A stretch of 43,503 nucleotides of DNA, taken from assembly GCA_017629595.1 (NCBI GenBank), contig JAGBWW010000027.1:1-43503 (forward strand). Reading direction: 5' to 3'. The translations under genes and the position numbers were made by a program. The notes below the pieces were generated by a model, which did not search any database, was not told the origin of the DNA, and saw only the letters and a program-made list of their open reading frames with translations. How positions within the stretch are numbered: the first letter of the stretch is position 1; every line of letters starts with the position of its first letter. The DNA comes from Clostridia bacterium (GTDB lineage Bacteria; Bacillota; Clostridia; Christensenellales; CAG-314). Positions 17,570 to 28,634 of this stretch are shown here, in pieces.

Positions 17570-18307
17570 TTATTCTTCGTCAAGATTTACGTCGGCATAC
17601 GTTTTTTTAGCCAATTCATACTGTTCTTTGTGAGATTGCAAAAAAGCGTCAATCTTTGCCTGACGTTTTTTAGAGGGTTTGCGTCTTTCAACACCCAACT
17701 CTTTCATTTTTTCTTCCAATTGAAGTTTTAATTGCATCAATTTTTTGTAAATTTTCTTCGTTGCTTGTTCCAAAACGTCTTTTGTAACGGGCTGACCGTA
17801 AAATTCACTGAGTTCAAATTCTTCACCAATCATAACGTGGTTTTTGGTAAACATTTTGTAGGTGTCAAAGGTAATGATTGGCCTTATTGGTGCTTGTGTT
17901 TTTATTGCAAACAATGCTGTGCCCGTTTTGAAGGGCAAAAATTGTTCCGAACTGCGGTTTCTTGTGCCTTCGGGGAAAATCCAAACGGGTTTGTCGTCTT
18001 TCAAAGCACGAAGGGTGGCTTTTGTTGCCGCCATATCGGCATCACCACGACTGACAGGAATAAAATCCATGCCGTCCAATGCCCATTGCAAAAACTTGCT
18101 TTGTCTATGCTCCGTTTTGTACATAAAACGAATATCTTTATTGTTGTGAGCAATAAAAATTACGCCATCCCAACCGTCAACGTGATTGGCAACAATTATG
18201 GATTTTTTTACTTTAACACCTTCTACGTCACCGTAAAACCTTACGGGGAATAGGTTTTTGAGTGTAATTGCCACAAATTTACGGCAAAACATAACAAATT
18301 TGTTCAT
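17570..18307 (-). CDS. plsC: 1-acyl-sn-glycerol-3-phosphate acyltransferase
   Basis: NHVDGWD (HxxxxD) and FPEGTR motifs. I chose the ATG at 18307 with GGAG 7 nt upstream. Confidence 0.85.
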   Translation of the reverse strand: MNKFVMFCRKFVAITLKNLFPVRFYGDVEGVKVKKSIIVANHVDGWDGVIFIAHNNKDIRFMYKTEHRQSKFLQWALDGMDFIPVSRGDADMAATKATLRALKDDKPVWIFPEGTRNRSSEQFLPFKTGTALFAIKTQAPIRPIITFDTYKMFTKNHVMIGEEFELSEFYGQPVTKDVLEQATKKIYKKLMQLKLQLEEKMKELGVERRKPSKKRQAKIDAFLQSHKEQYELAKKTYADVNLDEE

Positions 18308-18319
18308 ATCTATCTCCAA

Positions 18320-19537
18320 CTAAATCAATCTGTCCAAAACTGCGCCACAAGCAATAATACCGTGTTCAAAAGTTACGCCACCTTGCAAATATGCAATGAA
18401 AGGAGGACGCATGGGGCCGTCGCAACTGAGTTCAATGGAAGAACCTTGCACGAAGCAACCTGCCGCCATAATGACTTCGTCACTGTATCCGGGCATTGCC
18501 CAAGGAGTAGGTACTGCGCGAGCATCAACGGGACTTTGTGATTGAATTGCTTGGCAAAAATCAATCAGTTTAACTCTATCTTGCAACTTAACCGACAAAA
18601 CGATGTCTCCATAAATTTGGTCGGGAGAAGGCGTTACGTCGTAACCTGCATCGGTAAGACATTGGGCAAACAAATATATCGTTTTAAGAGCTTGAGCAAC
18701 CGTGTGGGGCGCCAAAAACAAACCTTGATAAAAGAGTCTGTAACCTAATTCAAAACTTCCAACTTCACCGAGTAAGGTAGGAGTGGAAAAACGACGCCAA
18801 ACCAAATTGACAAGTTTTTGCGTGCCACAAACGTAACCACCCGTGGGGGCAATTCCACCACCTAAATTCTTAATGAGCGAACCTACGCAAACGTCTGCGC
18901 CCACTTCGGTGGGTTCTTTTTCTGCAGTAAATTCGCCGTAGCAGTTGTCCACCATAATAAAGGTGTCGGGAGAAATTGTTTTGACAAAAGAACAAGCCTT
19001 TTCAATTTGTTCAATGGACAAAGCGTTTCTATCGTCATATCCACGAGAACGTTGGATATATACCATTTGAATTTTTCTAGATGCCAAAACGTATTTGATA
19101 GTTTCAAAATCGAATTGGCCGTCAATCAAATCTACACAGTCAAAGGAAATTCCAAATTCTTCCAAACTTCCTTCGCCTTTAATTACACCGTGCAAAGAAT
19201 CATAAACCTTACCCGAAATGGACAAAGCGCTGTCACCACTTTTCAAAAGAGAAAACAAAGTTGTTGAGATGGCGTGCGTACCACAAGTGAAACGAGGGGT
19301 TACGATGGCGTCTTCCGTACCGAAAACTTTGGCAAAAACCTTGTTTAAAGCGTCACGGCCAACGTCGTCGTATCCATAACCAGACGTACCGTAAAAGTGA
19401 CGCAACTCTATACCATATTCATAAAAAGCGTTTAAGACTTTTTGTTGATTGCAAAGTGCAACGTTGTCAATACGTTCAAATTGCGCTTGAAGTTTTTGTT
19501 TTGATTGTGTAATAAGTTGATATGATTTTTGTTTCAT
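18320..19537 (-). CDS. PLP-dependent Cys/Met-metabolism family protein (YnbB / aluminium-resistance-protein type)
   Basis: 405 aa resembling the YnbB family over its full length. Stop codon is TAG. Confidence 0.7.
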   Translation of the reverse strand: MKQKSYQLITQSKQKLQAQFERIDNVALCNQQKVLNAFYEYGIELRHFYGTSGYGYDDVGRDALNKVFAKVFGTEDAIVTPRFTCGTHAISTTLFSLLKSGDSALSISGKVYDSLHGVIKGEGSLEEFGISFDCVDLIDGQFDFETIKYVLASRKIQMVYIQRSRGYDDRNALSIEQIEKACSFVKTISPDTFIMVDNCYGEFTAEKEPTEVGADVCVGSLIKNLGGGIAPTGGYVCGTQKLVNLVWRRFSTPTLLGEVGSFELGYRLFYQGLFLAPHTVAQALKTIYLFAQCLTDAGYDVTPSPDQIYGDIVLSVKLQDRVKLIDFCQAIQSQSPVDARAVPTPWAMPGYSDEVIMAAGCFVQGSSIELSCDGPMRPPFIAYLQGGVTFEHGIIACGAVLDRLI

Positions 19538-19610
19538 TTTTACAAAACTTCCTTAAACTTTGGTGATTTTAATCAAAATTTCAATACTATGTCACGCATA
19601 GTAATTAATA

Positions 19611-20528
19611 TTAGTTTGCATTTTTATATTTATCGGCAATATATTGGGCAATTTCGTCCAAATTGGCAAATTGCTCCACGTCAATAAATTCGGCGTCCAT
19701 TCTCTTAAAATAAGTCGTTTGTCGCTTTGCATATTGGCGAGTTGCAATCTTGATTTGCTCTTTTGCTTCTTCCAAACTGCACTCCCCTTTAAGATACGAA
19801 ATTATCTCTTTATAGCCAATTGCTTGAAAACTTTGCAATTGATCACGTCTGTCGAACTTTTCGTACAAAGATTGCACCTCTTCCACCAAGCCCATTTCAA
19901 ACATTTTATCAACGCGCGTTGCCGTTGCTTCAACAATTTGCTGGCGAGGTCTTGTCAAAACAAACAAAAGTTTTGGCATAATTTCTTTGCGAGAGTTTCT
20001 TGTGCCTTGACTTTTGAGTTGTCCACTACTTGCAATTTCAATGGCGCGGATAACTCTTTTTATATTGTTTTTGTCAATTGTTTCAAAGGATGTCGGGTCA
20101 ACCTTTTCAAGAACTTGCAAAAGTGCGTCTTTGCCTTGATTTTCGTACAAATCTTGCATCTCTTTGCGAACGAGCAAAGTTTGTTCGTTGTTTTCAAAAT
20201 CAAAGGGCAAAAACAAACTGTCAAAATAAAAACCCGTTCCGCCTGCCAAAATGGGAGTGCCAAAAGGATTGTCTTCCAGCACCTTTTTTACGTCCTCGGC
20301 ATAGTTTACCGCCGAATAAGGTTGGTCGCACTCTACAACGTCCAACATAAAGTGTTGCACTCCGTCCATTTCGTCGGCCGTAATTTTGGCTGTACCAACG
20401 TCCATACCCTTGTAAACTTGCATAGAGTCGGCAGAAACAATGATGCCATCCAAAAGTTTTGCAACTTTTACTGCAACTTTGCTTTTACCAACGCCTGTGC
20501 AACCCAAAATGCCTAAAATTCGTCTCAT
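19611..20528 (-). CDS. miaA: tRNA dimethylallyltransferase
   Basis: P-loop GCTGVGKS and MiaA-like sequence throughout. The ATG at 20528 overlaps the mutL TGA by 1 nt (TGATG). Confidence 0.93.
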   Translation of the reverse strand: MRRILGILGCTGVGKSKVAVKVAKLLDGIIVSADSMQVYKGMDVGTAKITADEMDGVQHFMLDVVECDQPYSAVNYAEDVKKVLEDNPFGTPILAGGTGFYFDSLFLPFDFENNEQTLLVRKEMQDLYENQGKDALLQVLEKVDPTSFETIDKNNIKRVIRAIEIASSGQLKSQGTRNSRKEIMPKLLFVLTRPRQQIVEATATRVDKMFEMGLVEEVQSLYEKFDRRDQLQSFQAIGYKEIISYLKGECSLEEAKEQIKIATRQYAKRQTTYFKRMDAEFIDVEQFANLDEIAQYIADKYKNAN

Positions 20529-22363
20529 CAAACTACCCTCTTAAACATTTTTTCAAAGTCATACTTCGTCATACGGACTGCCAAAGGTCTTCCGTGGGGA
20601 CAAGTTGCAATTTTATCCGTGTTTATCGTATAAACAATGTAATCAATTTCTGCTTGGGAAATTCTTTCGCCACCTTTTATCGCAAGACGGCATGCGTGTT
20701 TTGCAATATTATCTTTTAATAATTCCGTAGATTCCACGTACAAATCGTGTGTATTAGACAAAATATTGGCAATCATTTTTTCCAATTTGCAATCTACGAA
20801 CATCGTAGCAACGGACACCACTCTAAATGTGTTTTGACCAAATTTTTCAATTGAAAAACCTGCTTTTGCAATTTCGTCAAGGTTATTTTCCAAAAAGTCA
20901 GTTTCTTCTGCCGTCGTATCAAAAACGTAAGGAATCAACAATGGTTGCATTGTCAAATTGTCCTTTTCTTTGATAAATTTATCGTACAAAATGCGTTCGT
21001 GCGCTGCGTGTTGGTCAATGAACAACACTTCGTTTTCCACTTCCAACACAATGTACGTCAAAAACAACACACCTAACACTCTATAAGTGGGTTTTGTTGC
21101 TTCATTTATAGGTTTTTGCTCTATAACAAGTGCATCTAAATTAGTTTGCGGAGTTTGAGGCTCTTCTCCTTTCGTCGAAAATGCTTTTTCTATGTGTTCA
21201 AGATATTTTTCAAACTTTTTCTCGTTTGTTTTGTGTTCCCTTTCGTAAATTTCTTGGGGAGTAAGTTTGGGCTTTTCCACAAAACTTGCCCTATCCATAA
21301 AGAAATCGTCTTCAATGACGGTGGGTTGATCCAAAGTTTGCGTTGCGCCACCAATAAAGGCTTCGGCTTTGAGTTCGGCAAAGTTTTTTAGCTTGTTTTT
21401 CAACACCAAAAATACCGCCAAATATATCGTGCCGGGGTAGGCGTATCGCACTTCCATTTTTGTAGGATGAACGTTTACGTCAACAATTGCAGGATCCATT
21501 TGAATATCCAAAACTGCAACGGGGAAGCATTTTGTCATCAAATAAGGCTTAAATGCGTTTTTAATTGCCGACAAAACGGTGGGGTCTTTGACGTATCTTC
21601 CGTTTATGGAAATAGTTTGGAAAGTGCTGTTTGACTTTGTAAAGTCGGGATTGCTGACGTAACCCTTCACCTTTATTTCCTTAAATTCGCCGTCAATTTT
21701 GATGCAACTGTCCAAACATTGTTGTCCATACAAGGTGTAAATTGCTTCTGCTAAACCACCACCACGAACGTAATAGACGTTTTTGCCATCTACTTTATAA
21801 AAAACTTCCAATTCGGGGTGAGTCAAAATCAAGCGAGCAACGTAATTTGTTATTTCAGATGCTTCTTTCGTGGGCGTTTTCAAAAACTTTTTACGTGCTG
21901 GAACGTTGTAAAATAAGTTTTCCACGACAACTTTCGTGCCGTTTACAAAAGCGCATTGTTCTTGAGAAATTACGTGGCCGGCGTTAAGCACAATTTTGCC
22001 TGCAACTTCGGCATAAGGCGTTTTGGAAATGCGCGTAACACAAGATACGGAACTTATTGAATAAAGAGCTTCGCCTCTAAAACCCATTGTAGAAAGGGTG
22101 TCAAGGTCTTCAAATTGACTAATTTTGCTTGTTGCGTGAGGTTTGAAAGCATCATTAAGTTGGTCGTAGTCAATGCCACAACCATTGTCGGTAACCGACA
22201 TACGAACAAGTCCGCCACCTTCAATTTCAATATCAATTCTTGTTGCACCTGCATCAATGCTGTTTTCTACAAGTTCTTTGATTACAGCACAAGGTCTTTC
22301 CACCACTTCCCCGGCGGAAATCTTGTCATAAACTTGTTTAGGTAAGGAAATAATTTTACTCAT
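20528..22363 (-). CDS. mutL: DNA mismatch repair protein MutL
   Basis: GHKL ATPase N-terminus (VVERPCAVIKELVENSIDAG) and a C-terminal dimerisation/endonuclease domain. Confidence 0.96.
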   Translation of the reverse strand: MSKIISLPKQVYDKISAGEVVERPCAVIKELVENSIDAGATRIDIEIEGGGLVRMSVTDNGCGIDYDQLNDAFKPHATSKISQFEDLDTLSTMGFRGEALYSISSVSCVTRISKTPYAEVAGKIVLNAGHVISQEQCAFVNGTKVVVENLFYNVPARKKFLKTPTKEASEITNYVARLILTHPELEVFYKVDGKNVYYVRGGGLAEAIYTLYGQQCLDSCIKIDGEFKEIKVKGYVSNPDFTKSNSTFQTISINGRYVKDPTVLSAIKNAFKPYLMTKCFPVAVLDIQMDPAIVDVNVHPTKMEVRYAYPGTIYLAVFLVLKNKLKNFAELKAEAFIGGATQTLDQPTVIEDDFFMDRASFVEKPKLTPQEIYEREHKTNEKKFEKYLEHIEKAFSTKGEEPQTPQTNLDALVIEQKPINEATKPTYRVLGVLFLTYIVLEVENEVLFIDQHAAHERILYDKFIKEKDNLTMQPLLIPYVFDTTAEETDFLENNLDEIAKAGFSIEKFGQNTFRVVSVATMFVDCKLEKMIANILSNTHDLYVESTELLKDNIAKHACRLAIKGGERISQAEIDYIVYTINTDKIATCPHGRPLAVRMTKYDFEKMFKRVV

Positions 22364-24947
22364 TTTTTGCCTTTTTCGCCAAATCGGCTAGTACGTCAAA
22401 AGCCTCAATGGGTGACATACGATTTATATCCAAATCTTTCAAAATGGAAAGAATTTGTTTTGAATTTGCATTGTTTTTGCGTTTTTGTTCGGCGTCTTCC
22501 AAACTGTCCAAACGCATATTGATATCGCTATTTTCCAGCAAATTGCTTATTTCTTTGGCTCGTTTGCATACCACGTCGGGAACACCTGCCAAAGACGCAA
22601 CTTCAACGCCAAAACTCTTGTTTGCTCCACCACGAGAAATTTTGTGCAAGAACAAAATTGTATCGTTAAATTCTTTGACGTTGATTTTATAATTCTTTAC
22701 ACCGTCAACCTTGCCTTCCAAATCGGTCAATTCGTGGAAGTGAGTTGCAAAAAGGGTTTTTGCACCGACGTTTGAAGAAAGATATTCCATAACTGCCCAT
22801 GCAATTGCAAGACCGTCAAATGTGGACGTGCCACGTCCAATTTCGTCAAGCACGAGCAAACTTTTATTGGTTGCATTATTCAAAATGTTGGCTACCTCCA
22901 CCATTTCTACCATAAAGGTACTTTGGTTAAAAGCCAAATCGTCACTTGCACCAACACGAGTAAATATTTTGTCAACGATGGGAATAATTGCCGATTTTGC
23001 AGGAACAAAACTGCCAACGTGCGCCATCAACGTAATAAGGGCAACTTGACGCATATAGGTGCTTTTACCTGCCATGTTAGGACCTGTGATGACCATCGTT
23101 CTGTTGTTGGCTGTATCAAGCAAAGTGTCGTTTGCAATAAAACTTTCACGCTTTATGTACGACTCTACAACGGGATGACGGCCGTCAACAAGGTGCAAGG
23201 TGCTATTTTGCACGTTTATTTTTGGTTTGCAATAGTTGTTGGACAAGGCTACTTTTGCAAAACTCAACAAACAGTCGCAAACGGAAAGGCTGTATGCCGT
23301 TTTTTGAAGTTGCGCAACGTAGTCCAAAAGTTTGTTGCGCAATTCGGCAAACAAGGTTTTTTCCAACAACAAAATTTTATCATCGGCAGTTACGATTTTT
23401 TCTTCCAATTCTTTCAATTCGGGAGTGATAAATCTTTCGCCGTTTACCAAAGTTTGCTTTCTTATGAAATATTCGGGCGCCAAATGCACCAAACCTTTGC
23501 TTATTTCAAAATAATAGCCAAACACTCTGTTGTAACCAAGTTTAAGCGTTTTGATGCCACTTCTTTCTCTTTCAAAGTTTTCAAGTTCGGCAACAAGTTG
23601 TTTACTGTTGCGAGTGATTGAACGATATTCGTCAAGTTCTTGGTTGTAACCGTCTTTTATGTATCCACCTTCACGAACAAGCAAAGGTGCGTTTTCCACG
23701 ATTGCTTTGCCAACTAAGTCCTTTACTTCCGTCAAAAGAGAAATGCCGTTATTTTGTGCAACCAAAATGTTGGAAGTACATTTGGAAAGCAAACCTTTAA
23801 TTTCGGGTAAATTTTCCAACGAATTATACAAAACGTTGCAATCTTTTGGAGAAAGATTGTCATAAGAAATTTTTCCTGCAATTCGTTCAATATCTTTCAC
23901 TTTGGAAAGGGCTTGACTCAACGTGTCGTTGAGAATATAGTTCTTGAACAATTCTTCAACACCGTCCAGCCTTGCGTTTATTTGAGGTGCGTTTTGCAAC
24001 GGACGGTCAATCCAATCTGCCAAAAGTCTTGCACCCATACTTGTGCAAGTTTTATCCAACAAACCCAACAAAGAGCCTTTTCTTTTGTCTTTGTTGGACA
24101 CTGTAAGTTCCAAATTTTTTCTTGTTTTTACGTCAATGGACATATATTGATTTTTTTCAATATATTTGATGGGGCAAAGGTGGGACAAAGGACGTTTTTG
24201 TGTATCTACAACGTATTCCAACAATGCTCCTGCGCTTCCTACGGCAAGTTTTTTATTGGAAAAACCAAGACCGTCAAGCGTTGCGAGTTTGTATTGACTC
24301 AAAATTTTCTCTTTTGCCTTATCAAAAGCAAATACCCAAGAATAATACTCTTCAAACTTGGGAACGTAACCTGCCTTTACACAGTCCAAATTTTTTGAAA
24401 ATTGTACCGTGTTGGCATCGCAAATGATTTCGGTAGGTTTGAAAGACACCAAAAACTCTTGCAAGTTTGCAACGGCTTTTGCACCTGAAAATTCGCTTGT
24501 TGCAACAAAACCCGTGGAAATATCACAAACGGTTGCACCAACTTTTTGGTCGCCAAACATAACGGAAGCCACAAAATTGTTGCTTTTTTCGTCCAACAAA
24601 GTGCTGTCCATAACTGTTCCTGCCGTGATAACTCGCACCACGTCACGCTCAACAATACCTTTGCCGTTGGGTTCAGACAACTGTTCGCAAATGGCAACTT
24701 TTAATCCCGATGACACAAGTTTTGCAACGTAATTGTCAACAGCATGAAAAGGAACACCGCACATAGGTGCGCGTTGCCCGTTGCCACAATCTCTTGCAGT
24801 CAAAACCAAATCTAATACGTCACTTGCTTTTTGAGCATCTTCAAAAAACATTTCGTAAAAGTCGCCAAGACGGTACATCAAAATGCAGTCTTTGTAACTT
24901 TCTTTGGTTTGCAAATAATGGGTCATCATTGGTGAAAAACGTTGCAT
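22356..24947 (-). CDS. mutS: DNA mismatch repair protein MutS
   Basis: TPMM-like N-terminus, Walker A GPNMAGKST, 863 aa. Confidence 0.97.
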   Translation of the reverse strand: MQRFSPMMTHYLQTKESYKDCILMYRLGDFYEMFFEDAQKASDVLDLVLTARDCGNGQRAPMCGVPFHAVDNYVAKLVSSGLKVAICEQLSEPNGKGIVERDVVRVITAGTVMDSTLLDEKSNNFVASVMFGDQKVGATVCDISTGFVATSEFSGAKAVANLQEFLVSFKPTEIICDANTVQFSKNLDCVKAGYVPKFEEYYSWVFAFDKAKEKILSQYKLATLDGLGFSNKKLAVGSAGALLEYVVDTQKRPLSHLCPIKYIEKNQYMSIDVKTRKNLELTVSNKDKRKGSLLGLLDKTCTSMGARLLADWIDRPLQNAPQINARLDGVEELFKNYILNDTLSQALSKVKDIERIAGKISYDNLSPKDCNVLYNSLENLPEIKGLLSKCTSNILVAQNNGISLLTEVKDLVGKAIVENAPLLVREGGYIKDGYNQELDEYRSITRNSKQLVAELENFERERSGIKTLKLGYNRVFGYYFEISKGLVHLAPEYFIRKQTLVNGERFITPELKELEEKIVTADDKILLLEKTLFAELRNKLLDYVAQLQKTAYSLSVCDCLLSFAKVALSNNYCKPKINVQNSTLHLVDGRHPVVESYIKRESFIANDTLLDTANNRTMVITGPNMAGKSTYMRQVALITLMAHVGSFVPAKSAIIPIVDKIFTRVGASDDLAFNQSTFMVEMVEVANILNNATNKSLLVLDEIGRGTSTFDGLAIAWAVMEYLSSNVGAKTLFATHFHELTDLEGKVDGVKNYKINVKEFNDTILFLHKISRGGANKSFGVEVASLAGVPDVVCKRAKEISNLLENSDINMRLDSLEDAEQKRKNNANSKQILSILKDLDINRMSPIEAFDVLADLAKKAKNE

Positions 24948-26293
24948 CAGTCCTCCTTTTGCAACTCGCCCCAGAGGGTTGCCGATTGGAATTTCTTAAT
25001 TTTTACCCAAACGAATTGGTCAAACAAGTCAACGTCGCTTTTTACGTTGACCAAACGACCGTTTTCCGTTCTGCCACAATAGGTATTTACGTATTTTTTA
25101 TTTTTACCTTCAATCAAAACACGTTGCAACGTGCCTTCCATTTCTTGGCTGATTTCCTTTGTAATGACGTTTTGTGCTTCAAGCAAACGTTTTATTCTAA
25201 CACCTTTTTCTGCACGAGAAATTTGATTGTCCATTTTGTCGGCAACGGTACCTTTTCTGCGTGAATAAATGAAGCAAAATGCCGATGAAAATCTTGCTTT
25301 TTTAACCAAATCCAACGTGTCCAAAAAGTCTTGTTCCGTTTCACCCGGGAAACCCACCATAATGTCGGTGGAAATGCCAACGTCGGGAATTGCCTTTTTG
25401 ATTTTTTCAACAAGTTGAAGGTAATAATCTCTATCGTATTTTCTATTCATTGCCTTCAAAATGTCACTGCTTCCGCTTTGTACAGGCAAGTGAATGCTGT
25501 TGCAAATCTTTTTGTTGTTTGCAATGGCTTGAATTACGTCGTCGGTTAAATCTTTGGGGTGGTTTGTCAAAAATCTAACTCTAAAATCGCCGTCAATTTT
25601 TGCAACTTCGTTCAATAGTTGGGCAAAGTTGGTACCATCGTCCAAGTCGTGACCATAACTGTTTACGTTTTGACCAAGCAAAGTGATTTCTTTGTAGCCT
25701 TTTGCAATCAAATCTTTTACTTCGCTCACAATATCTTGAATAGGGCGAGAGTGTTCCCTGCCACGAACGTAAGGCACGATACAATAGGTGCAAAAATTGT
25801 TGCAACCGTAAATGATATTTACCCATGCATTGGGACGGCTTGTACGCACTTTGGGAAGATTGACCAAGACGTAATTCTTTTCGTCGGTGTTAACCGTCTT
25901 TTTCTTTTGTTTTGCATCAACAACGGCTTGTTCCAACAAATCAAGGTTGGACGTTCCCAAAACAACGTCAACGAAAGGAAAACGGCGTTTCAAAGAAGTT
26001 GCAACACCACTTTGTTGCGACATACAACCACACACCACAACAATTAAGTCGGGGTTGTTTTGTTTCAAAATTTTTGCTTCGCCAATATGTCCGTGAATTT
26101 TTGCTTCGGCTGTTTCTCTGATACAGCAAGTATTGTAAACCAAAACGTCGGCTTTATTTTCGGCATCACAAGGAAAATAGCCGAGTTTTTCCAAAACACC
26201 TGCAATTTTTTCCGATTCGTGGATGTTCATCTGACATCCGTATGTGTTAATAAAATAAAATTTTTCAAAAGTATCCATGTTGCCATTATACAT
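24947..26293 (-). CDS. miaB: tRNA-2-methylthio-N6-dimethylallyladenosine synthase MiaB
   Basis: TYGCQMN signature, radical-SAM CNNFCTYC motif, C-terminal TRAM domain. Confidence 0.92.
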   Translation of the reverse strand: MYNGNMDTFEKFYFINTYGCQMNIHESEKIAGVLEKLGYFPCDAENKADVLVYNTCCIRETAEAKIHGHIGEAKILKQNNPDLIVVVCGCMSQQSGVATSLKRRFPFVDVVLGTSNLDLLEQAVVDAKQKKKTVNTDEKNYVLVNLPKVRTSRPNAWVNIIYGCNNFCTYCIVPYVRGREHSRPIQDIVSEVKDLIAKGYKEITLLGQNVNSYGHDLDDGTNFAQLLNEVAKIDGDFRVRFLTNHPKDLTDDVIQAIANNKKICNSIHLPVQSGSSDILKAMNRKYDRDYYLQLVEKIKKAIPDVGISTDIMVGFPGETEQDFLDTLDLVKKARFSSAFCFIYSRRKGTVADKMDNQISRAEKGVRIKRLLEAQNVITKEISQEMEGTLQRVLIEGKNKKYVNTYCGRTENGRLVNVKSDVDLFDQFVWVKIKKFQSATLWGELQKED

Positions 26294-26355
26294 TCTTTGA
26301 CCAATTTAGACAAGAGATAAATAATAACTTTTAAAATATAAATACTATATACGAT

Positions 26356-28500
26356 ATGAAAAAAGTTGCAAAACGTATATTGGTATTTATTTCAGTATGT
26401 CTTGTAGTTGTTGCAGTTGGCGCAACCTTGTTTTTGGTGAATTTTGTCAATAGTGATCAGTTTGTGTCACTAAATTTGGACAATTTAAATCACGCAAAGA
26501 TAAATTTGAATGTATTTGCCAACGACGGAACACCCTTTGTTGAACCCTTCGTCATTGGTAAAAGCAAACAAATTGACGTAAATAACCTTAACGACTACAC
26601 CAAAAACGCATTTATTGCCGTTGAAGATAAGCGATTTTATGAACACAATGGCATTGATTGGATTAGAGTGGGCGGAGCATTGTTGAACAACGTAAAAACA
26701 ATGTCCTTTTCCGAGGGCGCATCCACCATAACGCAACAGTTGATAAAAAACACTCACCTAAACCAAAACAAAACCATAACGCGAAAAATAAACGAAATGC
26801 TTTTGGCTAGTCAGTTGGAAAACAAATTTGAAAAAGACCAAATTCTTTCAATGTATCTAAACACCATTTACTTTGGAAACGGCGCCGTCGGCATAGAAAA
26901 CGCCGCCAACACCTTTTTTGGTGTGAGTGCATACGACTTGACTTTGGAACAAAGCGCGACGTTAGCAGGTATAATAAAAGCGCCAACAAACTATTCCCCA
27001 AAAAACAACCCGACAAAGTGTGTTGAAAGGCGAAATTTGGTGTTGGATTTAATGTGCAAAAACAACTTTATCACACAAAACCAAAGAGATATTGCCAAAA
27101 ACTCCCCCCTTGAACTTTGCCAAAACAAAAGGATATCGTTGGAAAGTGACTATTTGCAACAAGTGATTGCCGAAACGGTGGAACTTTTGGGAATAGATGA
27201 AAAGCAACTTTATAACGGTCAATATAAAATTTATACCTATTTTGACCGTGATGCACAAACTTGTTTAAAAAATGCAATAAAAGACTGCCAATACAACGTA
27301 AATGCAATCGTAATAAACAATCAAAACGCCACCATTTCCGCATTGTCAAAGGGAAATAATTTCAACCAAAAGCGACAAGCAGGTTCGGCGTTGAAACCTT
27401 TGGCAGTTTACACTCCTGCGCTTGACAATAAACTGATAAACGTGGTAAGTCCCGTTTTGGACGAAAAGGTCAACTTCAACGGATACTCTCCAAAAAACGC
27501 AACCGACACCTACGTTGGATGGACTACAATAGAAAATGCCGTTGCAAACAGCATAAACACAACTGCGGTTAAGTTGCTAAACAGTTTGACTGTGGCAAAA
27601 AGTTGCCAATATTTAAACAAAATGGGAATTGAAACAAATGAAGAAAACCTTTCTTTGGCACTTGGCAACGTGAATGGCGGGATTGACGTAACAACACTTG
27701 CTTCAGGTTATACCACGCTGGCTAATGGTGGAATTTATCAAAAGCCCACTACCATTGCAAAAATTGAAAAGGAAGATTTTGTTATTTATCACCACAAAGA
27801 AAGAACGGAAAAAGTATTTGAAAATTCATCGACTTTTTTGATGTGCGAAATGTTGAAAAAAGTTTCCACAAAAGGAACTGCAAAAGCACTTGGCTCTTTA
27901 CCCTTTGAAGTTGCAACAAAAACGGGAACGGTTGGAAAGATTGAAGGTAACACCGACGGAATTTTGGCAGGGTTTACAAGCGACCTTTCCTTTTGTTTTT
28001 GGTGTACGAGTGAAAGTCCAAAACCACTTTCGGGTGGTAATCAGCCTTGTGTTTTGGCAAAGAACTTTTTGCAAGAATATTACAAAAACGATACGCCAAA
28101 AAACTTTGAAATTCCAAAAAGCGTTACTAAAATTGAGTTGGACGAAATGGCATTGTCAAGACAAAAATACGTTAAAAAAACAAATGGTAAAGCAGTATAT
28201 TTTGCGCAAGACAATATGCCAAATTTTGAGCAAATATCAACTAAAATTGCGCCACAATTGCGTTATGAAAAAGGCGCAATAATTGTTGAAAGCAATACGA
28301 ATTTCGTTTACAAAAAGACCAATGACACCTGTAATATGCTATCCTTAATAGACGGAAAGTACGTTGATTTTGACGTAAAAGAAGGACAAGAATATTGCTA
28401 TTTTATCATTGACAAAGATAGTCTTTTGGAAACTAAAATTGTTGTTCCAAAAGAAAAAGAAAAAGTTGATTTTTGGGATTTTATTAAAAAGTGGTTTTAA
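26356..28500 (+). CDS. Class A penicillin-binding protein (GT51 glycosyltransferase + transpeptidase) with a C-terminal extension of about 120 aa
   Basis: GT51 motifs (EDKRFYEHNGID, GASTITQQL), transpeptidase SALKP and KTGT motifs, N-terminal TM anchor. Confidence 0.92.
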   Translation: MKKVAKRILVFISVCLVVVAVGATLFLVNFVNSDQFVSLNLDNLNHAKINLNVFANDGTPFVEPFVIGKSKQIDVNNLNDYTKNAFIAVEDKRFYEHNGIDWIRVGGALLNNVKTMSFSEGASTITQQLIKNTHLNQNKTITRKINEMLLASQLENKFEKDQILSMYLNTIYFGNGAVGIENAANTFFGVSAYDLTLEQSATLAGIIKAPTNYSPKNNPTKCVERRNLVLDLMCKNNFITQNQRDIAKNSPLELCQNKRISLESDYLQQVIAETVELLGIDEKQLYNGQYKIYTYFDRDAQTCLKNAIKDCQYNVNAIVINNQNATISALSKGNNFNQKRQAGSALKPLAVYTPALDNKLINVVSPVLDEKVNFNGYSPKNATDTYVGWTTIENAVANSINTTAVKLLNSLTVAKSCQYLNKMGIETNEENLSLALGNVNGGIDVTTLASGYTTLANGGIYQKPTTIAKIEKEDFVIYHHKERTEKVFENSSTFLMCEMLKKVSTKGTAKALGSLPFEVATKTGTVGKIEGNTDGILAGFTSDLSFCFWCTSESPKPLSGGNQPCVLAKNFLQEYYKNDTPKNFEIPKSVTKIELDEMALSRQKYVKKTNGKAVYFAQDNMPNFEQISTKIAPQLRYEKGAIIVESNTNFVYKKTNDTCNMLSLIDGKYVDFDVKEGQEYCYFIIDKDSLLETKIVVPKEKEKVDFWDFIKKWF

Positions 28501-28552
28501 AAACAAATTCATTAGAAAATACACGAACAATTCGCACGAAAAAAAATTAAGC

Positions 28553-28589
28553 AAAAAACCACAAGAAGTCAAAAATCTTGTGGTTTTTT
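28553..28589. terminator. Bidirectional terminator between convergent PBP and thiI
   Basis: AAAAAACCACAAGA / TCTTGTGGTTTTTT with a 9-nt loop. Confidence 0.8.
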
Positions 28590-28634
28590 AGTTAAAATTA
28601 TATATTATGTCTGTAATAGTATATTATAAATCAA

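Noticed and set aside
18305-18322. The ynbB-like TAG stop is followed in frame by the plsC ORF, suggesting a read-through fusion
   Set aside because: The in-frame TTG-GAG-ATA-GAT stretch contains the GGAG Shine-Dalgarno, 7 nt before the plsC ATG at 18307. This is ordinary tight operon packing.
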